From: Chloroflexaceae bacterium
GTDB lineage: Bacteria; Chloroflexota; Chloroflexia; Chloroflexales; Chloroflexaceae
DNA length: 64,000 nt
Assembly (NCBI GenBank): GCA_012033195.1
Contig: JAAUSQ010000001.1
Location: 5,565-69,564 of the forward strand
Direction: 5' to 3'
Part shown: positions 54,044 to 64,000 of the stretch, piece after piece
How positions within the stretch are numbered: the stretch's first letter is position 1
How the letters are laid out: each line of letters opens with the position of its first letter
Program-made: the position numbers and the translations under genes
Notes under the pieces: generated by a model
Databases searched by the model: none
Told to the model about the DNA's origin: nothing
What the model saw: the letters and a program-made list of their open reading frames with translations, nothing else

Positions 54044-54885
54044 CAGCACGGCCTGCTTGCAAGCGAAAAGGCCAGTCGAAAGCCCATAAAGCCATTCCGC
54101 ACAGTTGGCAGAAACCGAAACCGGGTGGCACAGCGGGCATAGCCCTGCGGATTCATATAACAACCGCCACGCGCAATGTAACGGTTGGGGGCTGTGTTCG
54201 GGTTGGCATCTTCGCGCTCGGCGTGCGGGTCGTAGGGGTAGAGCCGGTCGAGGGTGCTGGTGAGTTCCCACACATTGCCCGCCATATCCAGCACACCATA
54301 GGGGCTGGCTCCTTGCGGATAGTGCCCAACAGGTGTGGTTTGCCCCAGGCCATGCTCGCGAGTGTTGGCATAGTCGGTGCTGAAAGTGTTCCCCCACGGG
54401 AAGGTGCGCCCGTCGGTGCCGCGTGCGGCGTGCTCCCATTCGGCTTCGGTCGGCAGGCGAAAGGTGATATTTGGCAACAGTACCGGATGGGCCGCCTCGT
54501 CTGGTTCGGCCAGCAAGAGCACAGTGTTGCTCTGCCGCCATGTCTCCGTCAACCACATGCAGAACGCGCCAGCATCGTGCCAGCTTACATCAACCACAGG
54601 ATGCGTCAGCAAATCGGCGACAGGTTGCGACCCATGCCAGATTAGCGGCGGCGCGGTTCCGGTGGCGGCGATGTATGCAGCATAGAGTGCATTGGTGACG
54701 GGTACGCGTGCGATGGCATACTCTGCAAGCGTCAGGCTGTGCTGTGGCGATTCTTCGCGATAGCTCTCGCGGGTACCACCATACTGGCGGGCAAGGTCGC
54801 TCAGGTCGCGCTCAGGGGTGCCCATCAGAAACTCAAGCGCCGGAATATGGATAAATATTGGCAGCATGCTAGCTACGATGCTCAT
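54043..54885 (-). CDS. formylglycine-generating enzyme (SUMF1/FGE-sulfatase) domain protein
   Basis: 280-aa ORF. HPVVDVSWHDAGAFCMWL, RLPTEAEWEHAARG, GNVWELT, RGGCY.... The ATG overlaps the stop of the upstream TPR gene (ATGA). Confidence 0.85.
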   Translation of the reverse strand: MSIVASMLPIFIHIPALEFLMGTPERDLSDLARQYGGTRESYREESPQHSLTLAEYAIARVPVTNALYAAYIAATGTAPPLIWHGSQPVADLLTHPVVDVSWHDAGAFCMWLTETWRQSNTVLLLAEPDEAAHPVLLPNITFRLPTEAEWEHAARGTDGRTFPWGNTFSTDYANTREHGLGQTTPVGHYPQGASPYGVLDMAGNVWELTSTLDRLYPYDPHAEREDANPNTAPNRYIARGGCYMNPQGYARCATRFRFLPTVRNGFMGFRLAFSLASRPC

Positions 54886-57800
54886 TGTTCAAACTCTACT
54901 GGTGCGCCCATCTCGATGTCCTGGCGGAAGCGTTCGAGTTCGGTGCGTGCCCGGTCTGCGACCAGCGGGTCGCGACTGGTCTGGATGACGGTCTCATACG
55001 ATGCCTCAGCCTCGGTGGTGCGTCCCAGCCGCTCTTCGGCAATGCCCTGATACAGCCGCGCCACCGCCAGATTGCCACCACTCAGTGTAACAGACCGCTC
55101 GAAGTTGAGTAGCGCTGGCTGTGTACGCTCAAGCGCCAGATTCGCCCGCCCCAGCCAGTAGAACGCCTCGGCATTCTGGGGTTCCAGCAACGTCGCCCGT
55201 TCAAGGTCGTTCTGGGCCTGGCCGTAGTCGTTGCGGCTCATCGCAATCAGACCGCGTTGATAGTAGGCGGCGGCAAAGCGGCGGTTACCTTCGATGGCGC
55301 GGTTATATGCATCATAGGCGGCATCCAGTTCGCCCTGGGCTTGCAGCAGGCGCGCCCTGAAGAACCAGGCATCGGCATAGGTGCTGCGCTGTTCCAGTGC
55401 GCGATCAACGGCCTCCTCAGCCGCCGCTGCATTGCCCATATACAGGTAAGTCTGGGCAACGCCGAGCCACGCTTCGGGGAAGGGCCGATTTTCGCGCAGG
55501 GCCAGCGCCAGTTCATACTCTTGCATCGCACGGCCCAAGTTGTTCTGGCGCAGCAGCGCTTCGGCCAGCCAGAAATGGGCCGGGGCGTGGGTGCTGCTAT
55601 CCGGTTGGCTGGCGGCACGCTCAAACTGGTTGAGGGCCGCGACCAGTTATCCTGGGCAATGGCAACCTGCCCAAGTCCGAGATAAGCATCAATGTTGGTG
55701 GGCATCAGTTCGAGCGCCTGCGTGTAGAAGTCGGCGGCTGTATTGATGTTGCCGCGCTTCCGTTCGACATCGCCCAGCACCACCAGCGCATCGCTGCGGA
55801 GCATTGCATCTGTGCCACCAAGCAGGTTCAGGGCGCGGCGGGCTTCCAGTTCGGCAGCATCCAGATTATCGAGCCGATCCTGGATGCGGGCCAGCGGCAC
55901 CAGCACAGCGGGGTTGTCGGGTTGCAGGGCGCGGGCCTGTTGCAGTGCTTCCTGCGCCAGTTCATACTGCCCCAGCGTTTCGGCACGGTCGCTCATCTCA
56001 ATCAAAATACCCGGCTCCTGTGGCTCTTCGCTCAGGATACGGGAATACATCTCGGCGGCGGCGGCGGGTTGTTCCAGCGGGCCAGCATATAGATCGGCAA
56101 GTGCCAGCGCCGCATAGATCGCCGTGCGTCCTGCGCCGCGCTCGGTGGCATACACCAGTTGCTCGGTGGCGGCGGTCAGTTCGTCGCGCTCAATCAGGAG
56201 CAGGCCAAGCTCGAAGGCGGCTTCGGCAGTTGCGGGATTATTGCCCCGTGTGCGGGCATTCCGCAGCGTTGCAATTGCCTGATCTACCTGTCCTGCGTCG
56301 CGCTGAATGCGCCCCAGTTCGGTGAGCGCTGCCGGGTCGTTCTGGTCGATCAAGGGCTGCAATACCTGCTGTGCCTCGTTGTACGCCACCGGGCCGCCCT
56401 GCCGCAGCAGCGAAGCGAGCCGGAGGGTTGTCTCGCGGCGCGGGTATTGCTGCGCCAGCACCCGCAAATGTTGCAGGGCCATCTGCCAGTTGCCTTGCTC
56501 TTCGGCAATGCGGGCCAGTGTTGCGTGGGCCGGGTAGAACGCAGGGTCACGTGCAAGCGCCTGCTCGTTCCATTGGCGGGCCGCGTCGAGGTCGCCCCGC
56601 AGCAGGGCCACCTGCCCCTTTCCATAGGGGCCTTCGGGCCGCGCTGGAGCCAGTGCAATGATGCGGTCGTAGTATTGATCGGCCTCGATGCGGTCGGTTT
56701 CCGAATCGTTGCGGGTCAGTCGCGCACTGGCATGGGCCAGCAGCAGCGCAGGACTTTCGGGGTTGCTCTGTTCGAGTGTTTCGAGCAGCGCCAGTGCATC
56801 CGCGATGGGGGCTTCGTTGCGGAGGGTGCCGCCGAGAATGCTGGCGAACAGGTTTTGCTCGCTGGGGCCGAGTGCCTGCCGTAGCTCAATCTTGTGCAGT
56901 GCAAGATAATATTGCTGGCGCTGCAAATCTGCCAGGGCAAGCTCGGCCTGGGCGCTTGCTACCACCACCACGGCATCCAGATCGTTGATCGTATTTTCGA
57001 GATCAACAATCTCGTTGCTGGCGGCGCTGGCGGTGGCGATGCGCTGCCACCCCTCCACGCGCTGTCGGCTGAGTTCGACGGCCTGCCGCAGCCGTTCGCC
57101 GCTTGGCTCAAGCTGATCGGTTGTAAACGGTTCGCTGGCTTCGAGCGCCCAGAGCAACGAGCCGGATGCATTGGTCAGTTCGGCCAACCCCAGCAGCCCT
57201 TTCTGCTCCATCACTGCTGCGCCATACTGCCACTGGACCAGTTGTTGCAGGTCGGGTGGCGCGTAGGTGCTAGACTCGGAGTTGCGGCGCTGTTCGGCCT
57301 GCTGAAGCACTGCCGCCGCCGCTGCCAGATTTGCCCGCCTCGCGGTGGGCCTGCGCCAGTGTGACCAGCAGCGGCACACGGGGCGCGTTATCGGGCAGCA
57401 TGGCGCGGGCGCGTTCCAGTTCGGTGATGGCCTCGGCGGTGCGCCCATCTTCCAGGGCGACCATGCCCATATTGTAGTGCAGGGCCGCCATGTTACCATC
57501 TTCTACCAGGGCAAGCGTTTGCTGGAGCATCTGCGATGCGGCAGGGTCGCTGCCATCTTGCAAGATGACCCAGAGATTGTTGGCAAGTCTGCCCCGTTCA
57601 TTCAATGGCTGCACCAGCGCCAGTTCATATTCTTCGGCGGCCTCGGTATACAATCCACGTGCCCACAGAATATTGCCACGCAGCGCACGCGGCAGGGCCG
57701 GCTCAAGCGGGTAGCTGGCAAGCAGATCACCAAGGAGCGTATAAGCAACGTCGGCATCGCCGACATGGTAACGGGCCAGTGCTTCGAGCACAGGCGGCAC

Positions 57801-58568
57801 TATCACCTGCCCATTGAGCGGGTAGGGGGCAAGGTCGAAGGTGCGCGGCATTGCAAAGCGAGTGCTATAGCCTTCCCAGGCATACGGCCCATAATGCCCC
57901 TGTGGGAGGTAGGTCAGGCGGGGCAGCAGGGCCGGACGGTTCAGCGTTTCACCCGCCTGCACCGTGCCCCAGATCAGCACGTCGGCGGCGTGTTGTTCGG
58001 CAAGCCGAATAGCTTCGGCGGAGTCGGCGGGGCGCTGCTCAGTCTGGCGCACTACCATCGCACCATTGTTCTGCTCGTTCAGCAGGTCGGCCAGTTCATT
58101 CGCAACCGCTACGCCCGTCTGCCCGCCGCCGCTATCATCGAAAGGGGCAACCAGCACCACAAACTCGTTATTGGTACGCCACGCCTCGAACGTCGGCCAC
58201 AGGCGCGCCCCGCCCAGGATCACAACCAGCGTCACCAGCGTGGCACCGAGGACAATCCGGGCCAGTGCGCCACCGGGCAGCTTCAGCGGAATACGGAGCT
58301 TGCGCGAAGGGCGACTGTGTTTGAGCAGCATGGGCAAATGGGGGATGCGGCGGCGGGGTTGGTTGGCCTGCCGTGCCACCAGTGCGCCCTGTTCTTCGTG
58401 CATCTCCATATCAATGACGGTGTTATGCTGGCTGGCATCACCGCGCATGGGGTCGTTGATGCGGCGCTGTTGCCACAGATACCAGATCACCGACATCGCC
58501 CCTGTCGCGAAGATGAGCACGATGATCACCACAAGCACCTGAATTGTCCACTGATCGAACTGTTCCAT
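54882..58568 (-). pseudogene. membrane-anchored TPR-repeat protein (about 1,228 aa) interrupted by two single-base frameshifts (likely assembly errors)
   Basis: ORFs 57270..58568 (two TM helices plus a TolB-N-like FVVLVAPFDD... domain), 55247..57499 and 54882..55538 (TPR repeats). The frames join near 57325-57340 (...AQAHREAG|NLAAAAAVLQQAEQ...) and near 55640-55650 (...AIAQDN|LVAALNQFERAAS...). The total span of 3687 nt is a multiple of three, consistent with one insertion plus one deletion. Confidence 0.8.
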
Positions 58569-58575
58569 GCCAATC

Positions 58576-59538
58576 CTACTTCTGATCGGGCGATACTTGA
58601 AGCATCACTTTAAGCTGTCCGCGTGCAGCGGCGAAGGCGGCCACGGCATCGCGCAACGGATAGACCGCACTGATAAGCGGCTCCACTTCGACCAACCCGC
58701 GTTCGAGCAGGCGCAGCGCGGGCGCAAATGGCCCGCAACGCGAACCTATCACCTCGATTTCGTCCACTACCAGCGCACTCAAGTTGAGCGTCACATTATG
58801 ATGAAACGTACTTTTCAGCACCAGCCGACCACGCGGGCGCACCAGTTGCCGCGCTGTATCGAGGCCGCCGACTTGTCCGGTGCAGTCAATCACCACATCG
58901 TACCCGGTGGGGGGCAGGTCGCTGCTGTGGCGGCACGCGATGCCCTGACGCTGGAACAGTGCCCACCGTTCGGGGTGCCGTCCGATCAGGGTGACGCTGC
59001 AACCGGGCAGGCGCACTACCTGCACAATCAGTGCGCCGAGCTTGCCATCGCCCACTACCGCCACCCGGTCGGTGGGCCGAATGTGGACAGCTTGCAAGAT
59101 TTCCAGGGCAGCGGCGAGCGGCTCTACAAATACGGCAGCCGTATCGGGGACGCTAGCGGGCACCTCGTGCAGGCAGGCGATAGGCAGGGCAAAGGCTTCG
59201 GCCATTGCGCCATCACGCCCTTTAATGCCGAGCGTGGTGCGTTTGGGGCAGTGCTCCACCCCACCGAGCGCACAGCTCGTCGCACAGTCGGCACAGTAGG
59301 CGTTGATTTCGCCCACCACGCGCCGCCCGATCCAGGCCCGGTCGGTAGCTGCTTCGACCGTACCAACAAACTCGTGACCGAGCACCCCTCGAAAGCCCTT
59401 GTATCCATGCGTGATTTCTATATCAGTATTGCAAATACCAAGCAGATGAGGCCGGATAATTGCTTCGTTGGCCCGCAGAGTCGGGCGGGGATAGGCGGTA
59501 TCTATATATAATTGTTCGTTAAAGACCAGCGCGTCCAT
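58576..59538 (-). CDS. zinc-dependent medium-chain alcohol dehydrogenase/reductase family protein
   Basis: ORF 58576..59673 trimmed to ATG 59538 (MDALVFNEQLY...). GHEFVG catalytic-zinc region, Cys cluster CADCATSCALGGVEHC, NAD-binding VAVVGDGKLG. Confidence 0.85.
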   Translation of the reverse strand: MDALVFNEQLYIDTAYPRPTLRANEAIIRPHLLGICNTDIEITHGYKGFRGVLGHEFVGTVEAATDRAWIGRRVVGEINAYCADCATSCALGGVEHCPKRTTLGIKGRDGAMAEAFALPIACLHEVPASVPDTAAVFVEPLAAALEILQAVHIRPTDRVAVVGDGKLGALIVQVVRLPGCSVTLIGRHPERWALFQRQGIACRHSSDLPPTGYDVVIDCTGQVGGLDTARQLVRPRGRLVLKSTFHHNVTLNLSALVVDEIEVIGSRCGPFAPALRLLERGLVEVEPLISAVYPLRDAVAAFAAARGQLKVMLQVSPDQK

Positions 59539-59712
59539 CGTGCAACCCTGTATTTCAAAGGAATCTGCACTCTTCTGATGCGTATTGTACGATAGAAAAA
59601 CGTTTCTGAACAGCAGAAAATAGCAGAAAACAACGAGGGATTGCAGCAATAGGTCCCAGCGGCGACGGTGCATTGCAGCGTTGCCATCAGATCAGCCGTT
59701 GCTGCTGAGCGA

Positions 59713-60015
59713 CTAGCTAAATTTTTCAGGCCGTAACACTTCGACAGTGCTGCGGTAGGCCACTACCGCATAATGTTCAAAGTAGTGTTCTGCCACCCGC
59801 GCCAGAATAATATCGGAGATGGGCACCGATACGAGCGTTTCAATTTTGATATTGTGGCCCTGCCATGTGCTGGCGCGGATGCCACGCGAGCCTTCGCCCT
59901 GTACTTCGGTCAGCGTGTAGCCCTTGATCCCCGCCGCCCGCAGATCTTCAAGAATGCGCTCTTGCAAAATAGCCTCGGCAACAATCGTTACCAGCGTCAA
60001 TGGTGCCATGTCCAT
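59713..60015 (-). CDS. PII-like (GlnB-fold) small protein, about 100 aa
   Basis: ORF 59713..60207 trimmed to ATG 60015, which has AAGGGGGA upstream. LVTIVAEAILQERILEDLRAAGIKGYTLTEVQGEGSRG resembles the PII/DUF3240-type beta-alpha-beta fold. Family assignment is tentative. Confidence 0.55.
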   Translation of the reverse strand: MDMAPLTLVTIVAEAILQERILEDLRAAGIKGYTLTEVQGEGSRGIRASTWQGHNIKIETLVSVPISDIILARVAEHYFEHYAVVAYRSTVEVLRPEKFS

Positions 60016-60396
60016 AGATAGCTTCCCCCTTCGCAAGCAATATGCCATGTCCAGTTGTGATAGACAGTTCCTGGTACTCCAGATTATACCAGTATTATAC
60101 CTACTCTCGGAGATGGGCGGTACACCAGCAGGGCGCAACCGGGACGCGGCACCCCCTAACACTAGATGTAGTGGTGTACCGCTGATTATTCCACATACTT
60201 TCCACAATATGTGGATGATGTATTGTACGTGGCTTTGTAGTGCTCAATACGACAATATCAAATATGTATATAATACATACGATACCCCCTTACCAACAGT
60301 AGTAAAGTACTATACATGCCTGTACAAGTGACAATCTCAGGTACAATATGCAGAGTAAGACGAACATTTAGCGATACTGTGAAGGAGTGTGAAACC

Positions 60397-60864
60397 GTGA
60401 GTGAACCAACGACCCTGCAAGCGGGTGCCTCTGCCCCCGACTTTATGCTCCCCTCCGATACAGGCGAGATGGTGCGGCTGTCCGATTTTCGTGGGCGGCG
60501 GGTTATTCTGTATTTTTATCCCAAAGATGATACCAGCGGTTGCACCACCCAGGCCTGCGGCTTCCGCGATGCCTACCCGCAGATTGAAGAGAAAAACGCC
60601 GTGGTGCTTGGCATCAGCCCCGATGGGCAGGCATCCCACCAGAAGTTTAAAACCAGATACGACCTGCCCTTCATCCTGCTCTCGGACGAAGCGCATAAGG
60701 TTGCGGAAATGTATGGCGTGTGGGGCGAAAAGAAGATGTATGGCAAGACATATATGGGCATTGTCCGCAGCCATTTTGTGATTGACGAGGCGGGCAACCT
60801 GCTTGATGTGCAGGTGAAGGTTAGCCCGAAAGACAGCGTTACCAGGGCATTGGAGATGGTGTAA
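60397..60864 (+). CDS. bcp: thioredoxin-dependent thiol peroxidase (peroxiredoxin Bcp)
   Basis: ORF 60316..60864 with a probable GTG start at 60397, 9 nt after GAAGGAG. APDFMLPSDTGEMVRLSDFRGRRVILYFYPKDDTSGCTTQAC carries the peroxidatic Cys motif. Confidence 0.88.
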   Translation: MSEPTTLQAGASAPDFMLPSDTGEMVRLSDFRGRRVILYFYPKDDTSGCTTQACGFRDAYPQIEEKNAVVLGISPDGQASHQKFKTRYDLPFILLSDEAHKVAEMYGVWGEKKMYGKTYMGIVRSHFVIDEAGNLLDVQVKVSPKDSVTRALEMV

Positions 60865-60935
60865 AGCGGCAAGCGGCCAGGGGAACAGGCAGCGCACAGC
60901 GCACGCGAGCGGCGTGGGTGCGGGGCGTTGCGCCC

Positions 60936-61705
60936 CTACTGCATCTCGTGTCGTCGCCAGCCAAGCGCCTGCTGCACCACCAGCAGCACAAAAAGCGGGT
61001 TGTTGATCAGGTAGCGCCGCCACAATCGGCGCGGCTCCTGTGACAGCCGGAACAGCCATTCTAGCCCGCTGCGCTGTATCCAGCGCGGAGCCTGCGCTTT
61101 CAGGCCAGCGTGGAAGTCGAACGCAGCCCCCACCCCAATCAGCACGGGCGCACGCACCTGTCCGACGTGCGCCGCCATCCAGCGCTCCTGTTTGGGCGTG
61201 CTCAGCCCGACCCACACAATATCGGGATTGGTTGCATTGATCTTCTGCATCAGCGCCGCGTCTTCTTCGGCAGACAGCGGGCGAAACGGCGGCGAGTAGG
61301 TGCCCGCCACCACCAGGCCGGGGAAGCGCTCTTGCAGGCGGGCCGCCAGCTTTTCGGGTACACCGGCGCACCACCATAGAAGTAGTGGCGGTAGTGGTGG
61401 GCCACGCTATGCTCAGCGACGGCCAGCAGCAGATCGGGGCCATATACTCGGTCAACGCCGTGCAACCCGCGCAGGTGGCTCAGCCACACCAGCGGCATGC
61501 CATCGGGTGTCACCAGACCAGCCGCATTGTGAATCCGCAGCAGGGCCGGGTCGCGCTGGCTTTCCATCACACCATGCACGCCCGTCACACAGATATAGTT
61601 GGGGGTTTGCTGGGCAATCCAGCTATCGATGGTTGCAAGGGCCTGCGTCATATTGATCGCGCTGACCCCCACCCCCAGCACATTGATTCGTTGATCTGCT
61701 GTCAT
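60936..61705 (-). pseudogene. WecB/TagA/CpsF-family glycosyltransferase interrupted by one single-base frameshift (likely assembly error)
   Basis: ORFs 61250..61705 (...VTPDGMPLVWLSHL...) and 60936..61313 (...VWVGLSTPKQERWM...). The frames join near 61363-61366 (...YGGAP|GVPEKLAARLQERFPGLVVAGTYSPP...). The span is 770 nt, one base short. Confidence 0.8.
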
Positions 61706-62906
61706 TGTTTTGTTACTGCGTGTGCTCGTGCTGCTGCTATTTCATAAATCGACCGCAACCGCCGATAGTTCTGGTGGGCGGTGTAGTGTGTTTCGTAGGC
61801 AGTGCGGGCACCCTGCCCCAGGCGGGCCAGCCGTTCGGGTTGCTGCCAGAGCACGGCCAGTTTTGCCGCAAGGTCGGCAGCATCGCCCGGTGCAAAATGC
61901 ATGCCAGTCTGCTCATCAGCCACAATAGTAGCGGTGCTGCCAAGCCGTGCCGCCACCACGGGCACCCCACACGCAAACGCTTCAACCAGTGCCACCGAGA
62001 AATTCTCGTAGCATTCCGATGGAAAGACCAGCACCCGCGCCTGCTTGAGCAGCGCCACTATTTCATTATGCGGACGCGCCCCAGGATGTCAACGTGGCGC
62101 AACCCGTGGGCCTGTACCATTTGTTGCACATCGGGCATCAGCGGGCCGTCTCCGGCAATCTTCAGCGGAATACCGAGCGCATCCAGCCGCAGCGCCCACG
62201 CTTCGAGCATGGTGCTCAGGCCTTTTTCTGGCGAGAGCCGCCCCATAAAGAGCGCATAGTCTCCGATGCCTGTGCGTGGGCCAGGGTCGGGGTGCAGAAA
62301 ATTGGGCTTGACCACAATCTTTTCGGCGGGCAACCCGCCCGCAATAAACTGCTGCCGCGAGAAGGCCGACAGCGCAATAAACACATCCACCTGCTGCTGA
62401 TAGGTGCCACGCAGCCGATGCAAGGCTAGCATCGCAGCGATGGCGGCAGTCTGTGGGCGCGAGTTGTGGTAGCAGGCGTGCAGCACACCGGGCCACGGTA
62501 CCCGCTTGCCAACACAATCGCTGCACAGATGTTGATCACGCAGCAGCAGCGCATCGGGGCAGATCAGGCGGTAGTTGTGCAACGTCTGCACGACAGGCAA
62601 CCCCGCCGCCTGAGCAGTGTAGTAGGCAGCGGGCGAAATCAGGATAAACGTATTGTGGAAGTGGACAAGGTCGGGCCGTTCGCGGCGGATAACCTCGCGC
62701 AATTCCTCCTGTATAGTGCGGTTCCAGACAGTTGCCGCCGCCAGTTCGAGCTTGCCCATTTGCTCAATAGCATCGTTGTGGGCCGTGAAGCGAATCACGT
62801 GATGCCCGTATGCTTCGAGCAGGCGCGTTTCAGCCGCAAACACTTGGTCTTCGCCGCCGGGTTGCTGGTAGTGGTTGTGGACACACAGAATACGCTCAAG
62901 TGACAT
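61702..62906 (-). pseudogene. GT4-family glycosyltransferase interrupted by one single-base frameshift (likely assembly error)
   Basis: ORFs 62058..62906 (MSLERILCVHNHYQQPGGEDQV...) and 61702..62058 (...VLVFPSECYENFSVALVEAFACGVPVV..., the EX7E region). The frames join near 62071-62076 (...HVDILGRV|PHNEIVALLKQA...). The span is 1205 nt, one base short. Confidence 0.8.
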
Positions 62907-64000
62907 ACCGCACGGCCTCCATCATTCCCGCTGCGACTGCCTCCGGTGTAACGCTGCGGATATAAGCGCGAGCCGCCGCACGCATGCGGTCAAGCTCAGC
63001 GGGTGTGGTGGTCAGCGCTGTGTGCAGGGCGGCATCCAGTTCGCCCGCGTGATCGGTGCGGAATGTCCAGCCGGTTTCGCCCGCGCTAATCAGTTCTTCC
63101 ACCGCCTGACTGTAGCGGCTGCCCAGCACGGGCAACCCCGCCGCTAGCGCCTCGTTCACCACCAACCCCCACGTATCCGATAGGGTGGGGAAGGCCAGGA
63201 TGCCCGCCTGCCCGTAGACCTGCGGCAGCAGTGTGTAGGGTACATTGCCCAGGAAGCGTATCTGCACATTCGGGGCCAGCGGGAGCCGTTCCAGGTCGGC
63301 GCGTAGCGGCCCATCGCCCGCCAGCCAGCATTGTACCGTACGGTCGGGGTGCAGGCGTGCCCATGCATTGAGCCGATCAAGGAAGGTAGTCAGCCCCTTG
63401 AGTTGCACCAACCGCCCGACATACAGCAGCCGATGCGCTTGTTCGGCGGTGCGTTCGAGCGGCAGTGCCAGCCACGGCGATACATCAACTGGGTTGGGTA
63501 CACAGAAGATGCGCTCAGCGGGCACACCATAACGCGCAATGTAGCGCACCCCACTCGACCCGTTGACAATCACCGCATCGACCTGCCTGAGTAGCACCCG
63601 CCGCAGGATGCTGCGTGCCCTGCCGCGTCCCTGCTCGGTGTGCTCCGAAAGCGTCACCCACGCGATAATACGGGTGTGGGGCCGCAGCCTGCGATAAAGT
63701 ACCGCCTGCAAGGTGCGTGGTCCCAGTTCCCCAGAGATAATCACATCGGGTTGATAGCGGGCCAGGGCGGGCAGGGTGTCGTAGGGCAGATGGATAAAAA
63801 GCTGTTCCTGAAAGCCCTGCGGGTGTCGCCACATCGGTTGAAAGGTCAGGCTGCGCTGCATCTGTACGTGCAGGTCGGCCCATGCAAACGGGCCAGGGGC
63901 GGTTTGGCTCCATTGGCGTCGAGAGTAGCACCAGCAGATCGCTAGTGTGGGTGGCAAGCGCCCGATAGAGCGGCACCCGGTAGGGCGGTATAAAGTTGGT
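62896..64000 (-). pseudogene. GT4-family glycosyltransferase, 5' end outside the window, one frameshift near 63885-63905
   Basis: ORF 62896..63957 (...LYVGRLVQLKGL..., ...FPTLSDTWGLVVNEALAAGLPVL...). A second frame is open to the window edge (TNFIPPYRVPLYRALATHTSDLLVLLSTPMEPNRPW) and supplies the missing N-terminus. Confidence 0.75.

Noticed and set aside
52790-54556. Full 588-aa ORF as the methyltransferase gene
   Set aside because: The first 171 codons are an alternative-frame reading of the FGE-domain gene (Arg/His/Pro-rich nonsense). The methyltransferase homology (IPYIGNKRKLL) begins right after ATG 54043, which overlaps the upstream stop as ATGA.
60337-61455. 372-aa minus-strand ORF spanning the bcp and wecG-like region
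   Set aside because: It is antisense to bcp and out of frame with the WecB/TagA-family gene. Its Arg/Ala/Gly/Pro-rich composition is that of a GC-rich shadow ORF.

Overview
GC-rich bacterial chromosomal segment. Gene content and the style of the surface proteins suggest a filamentous Chloroflexota-like organism, but that is a guess and no search was run.

Left to right:
- glmS with a glmS ribozyme leader, pepF, a CPBP protease, a GT4 glycosyltransferase, glutamate synthase large subunit.
- A small accessory-looking block: DUF3095-like protein, excisionase-type HTH, small ORF, AAA+ ATPase.
- A 2.4-kb minus-strand array of 28 tightly packed tRNA-like genes covering all 20 amino acids, then ruvB.
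- A 17-kb reading frame (about 5,680 codons) for a giant secreted repeat protein, broken into five ORFs by single-base frameshifts.
- A csoR-copZ-copA copper operon, an epimerase and a ROK kinase, and metY-metX behind a SAM-I riboswitch.
- HU, an M1 peptidase, a 2-hydroxyacid dehydrogenase, lutABC.
- A translationally coupled TPR / FGE-sulfatase-domain / D12 DNA adenine methyltransferase trio.
- An alcohol dehydrogenase, a PII-like protein, bcp, and three cell-envelope glycosyltransferase genes.

Most interesting:
1. The tRNA array. It has its own TTGACA-17-TACACT promoter and many non-canonical members: class-I tRNAs with Leu anticodons, UGCAA T-loops, Ile-UAU and Arg-GCG.
2. The giant vWD (GDPH) / CarboxypepD_reg-repeat protein.
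3. A tandem-fused CsoR whose Cu(I) ligands are split between its two halves.
4. At least 12 single-nucleotide frameshifts in 8 otherwise intact genes, mostly at short homopolymer runs. These look like assembly errors and affect how every ORF here should be read.

All calls were made by eye from the sequence and the ORF track.
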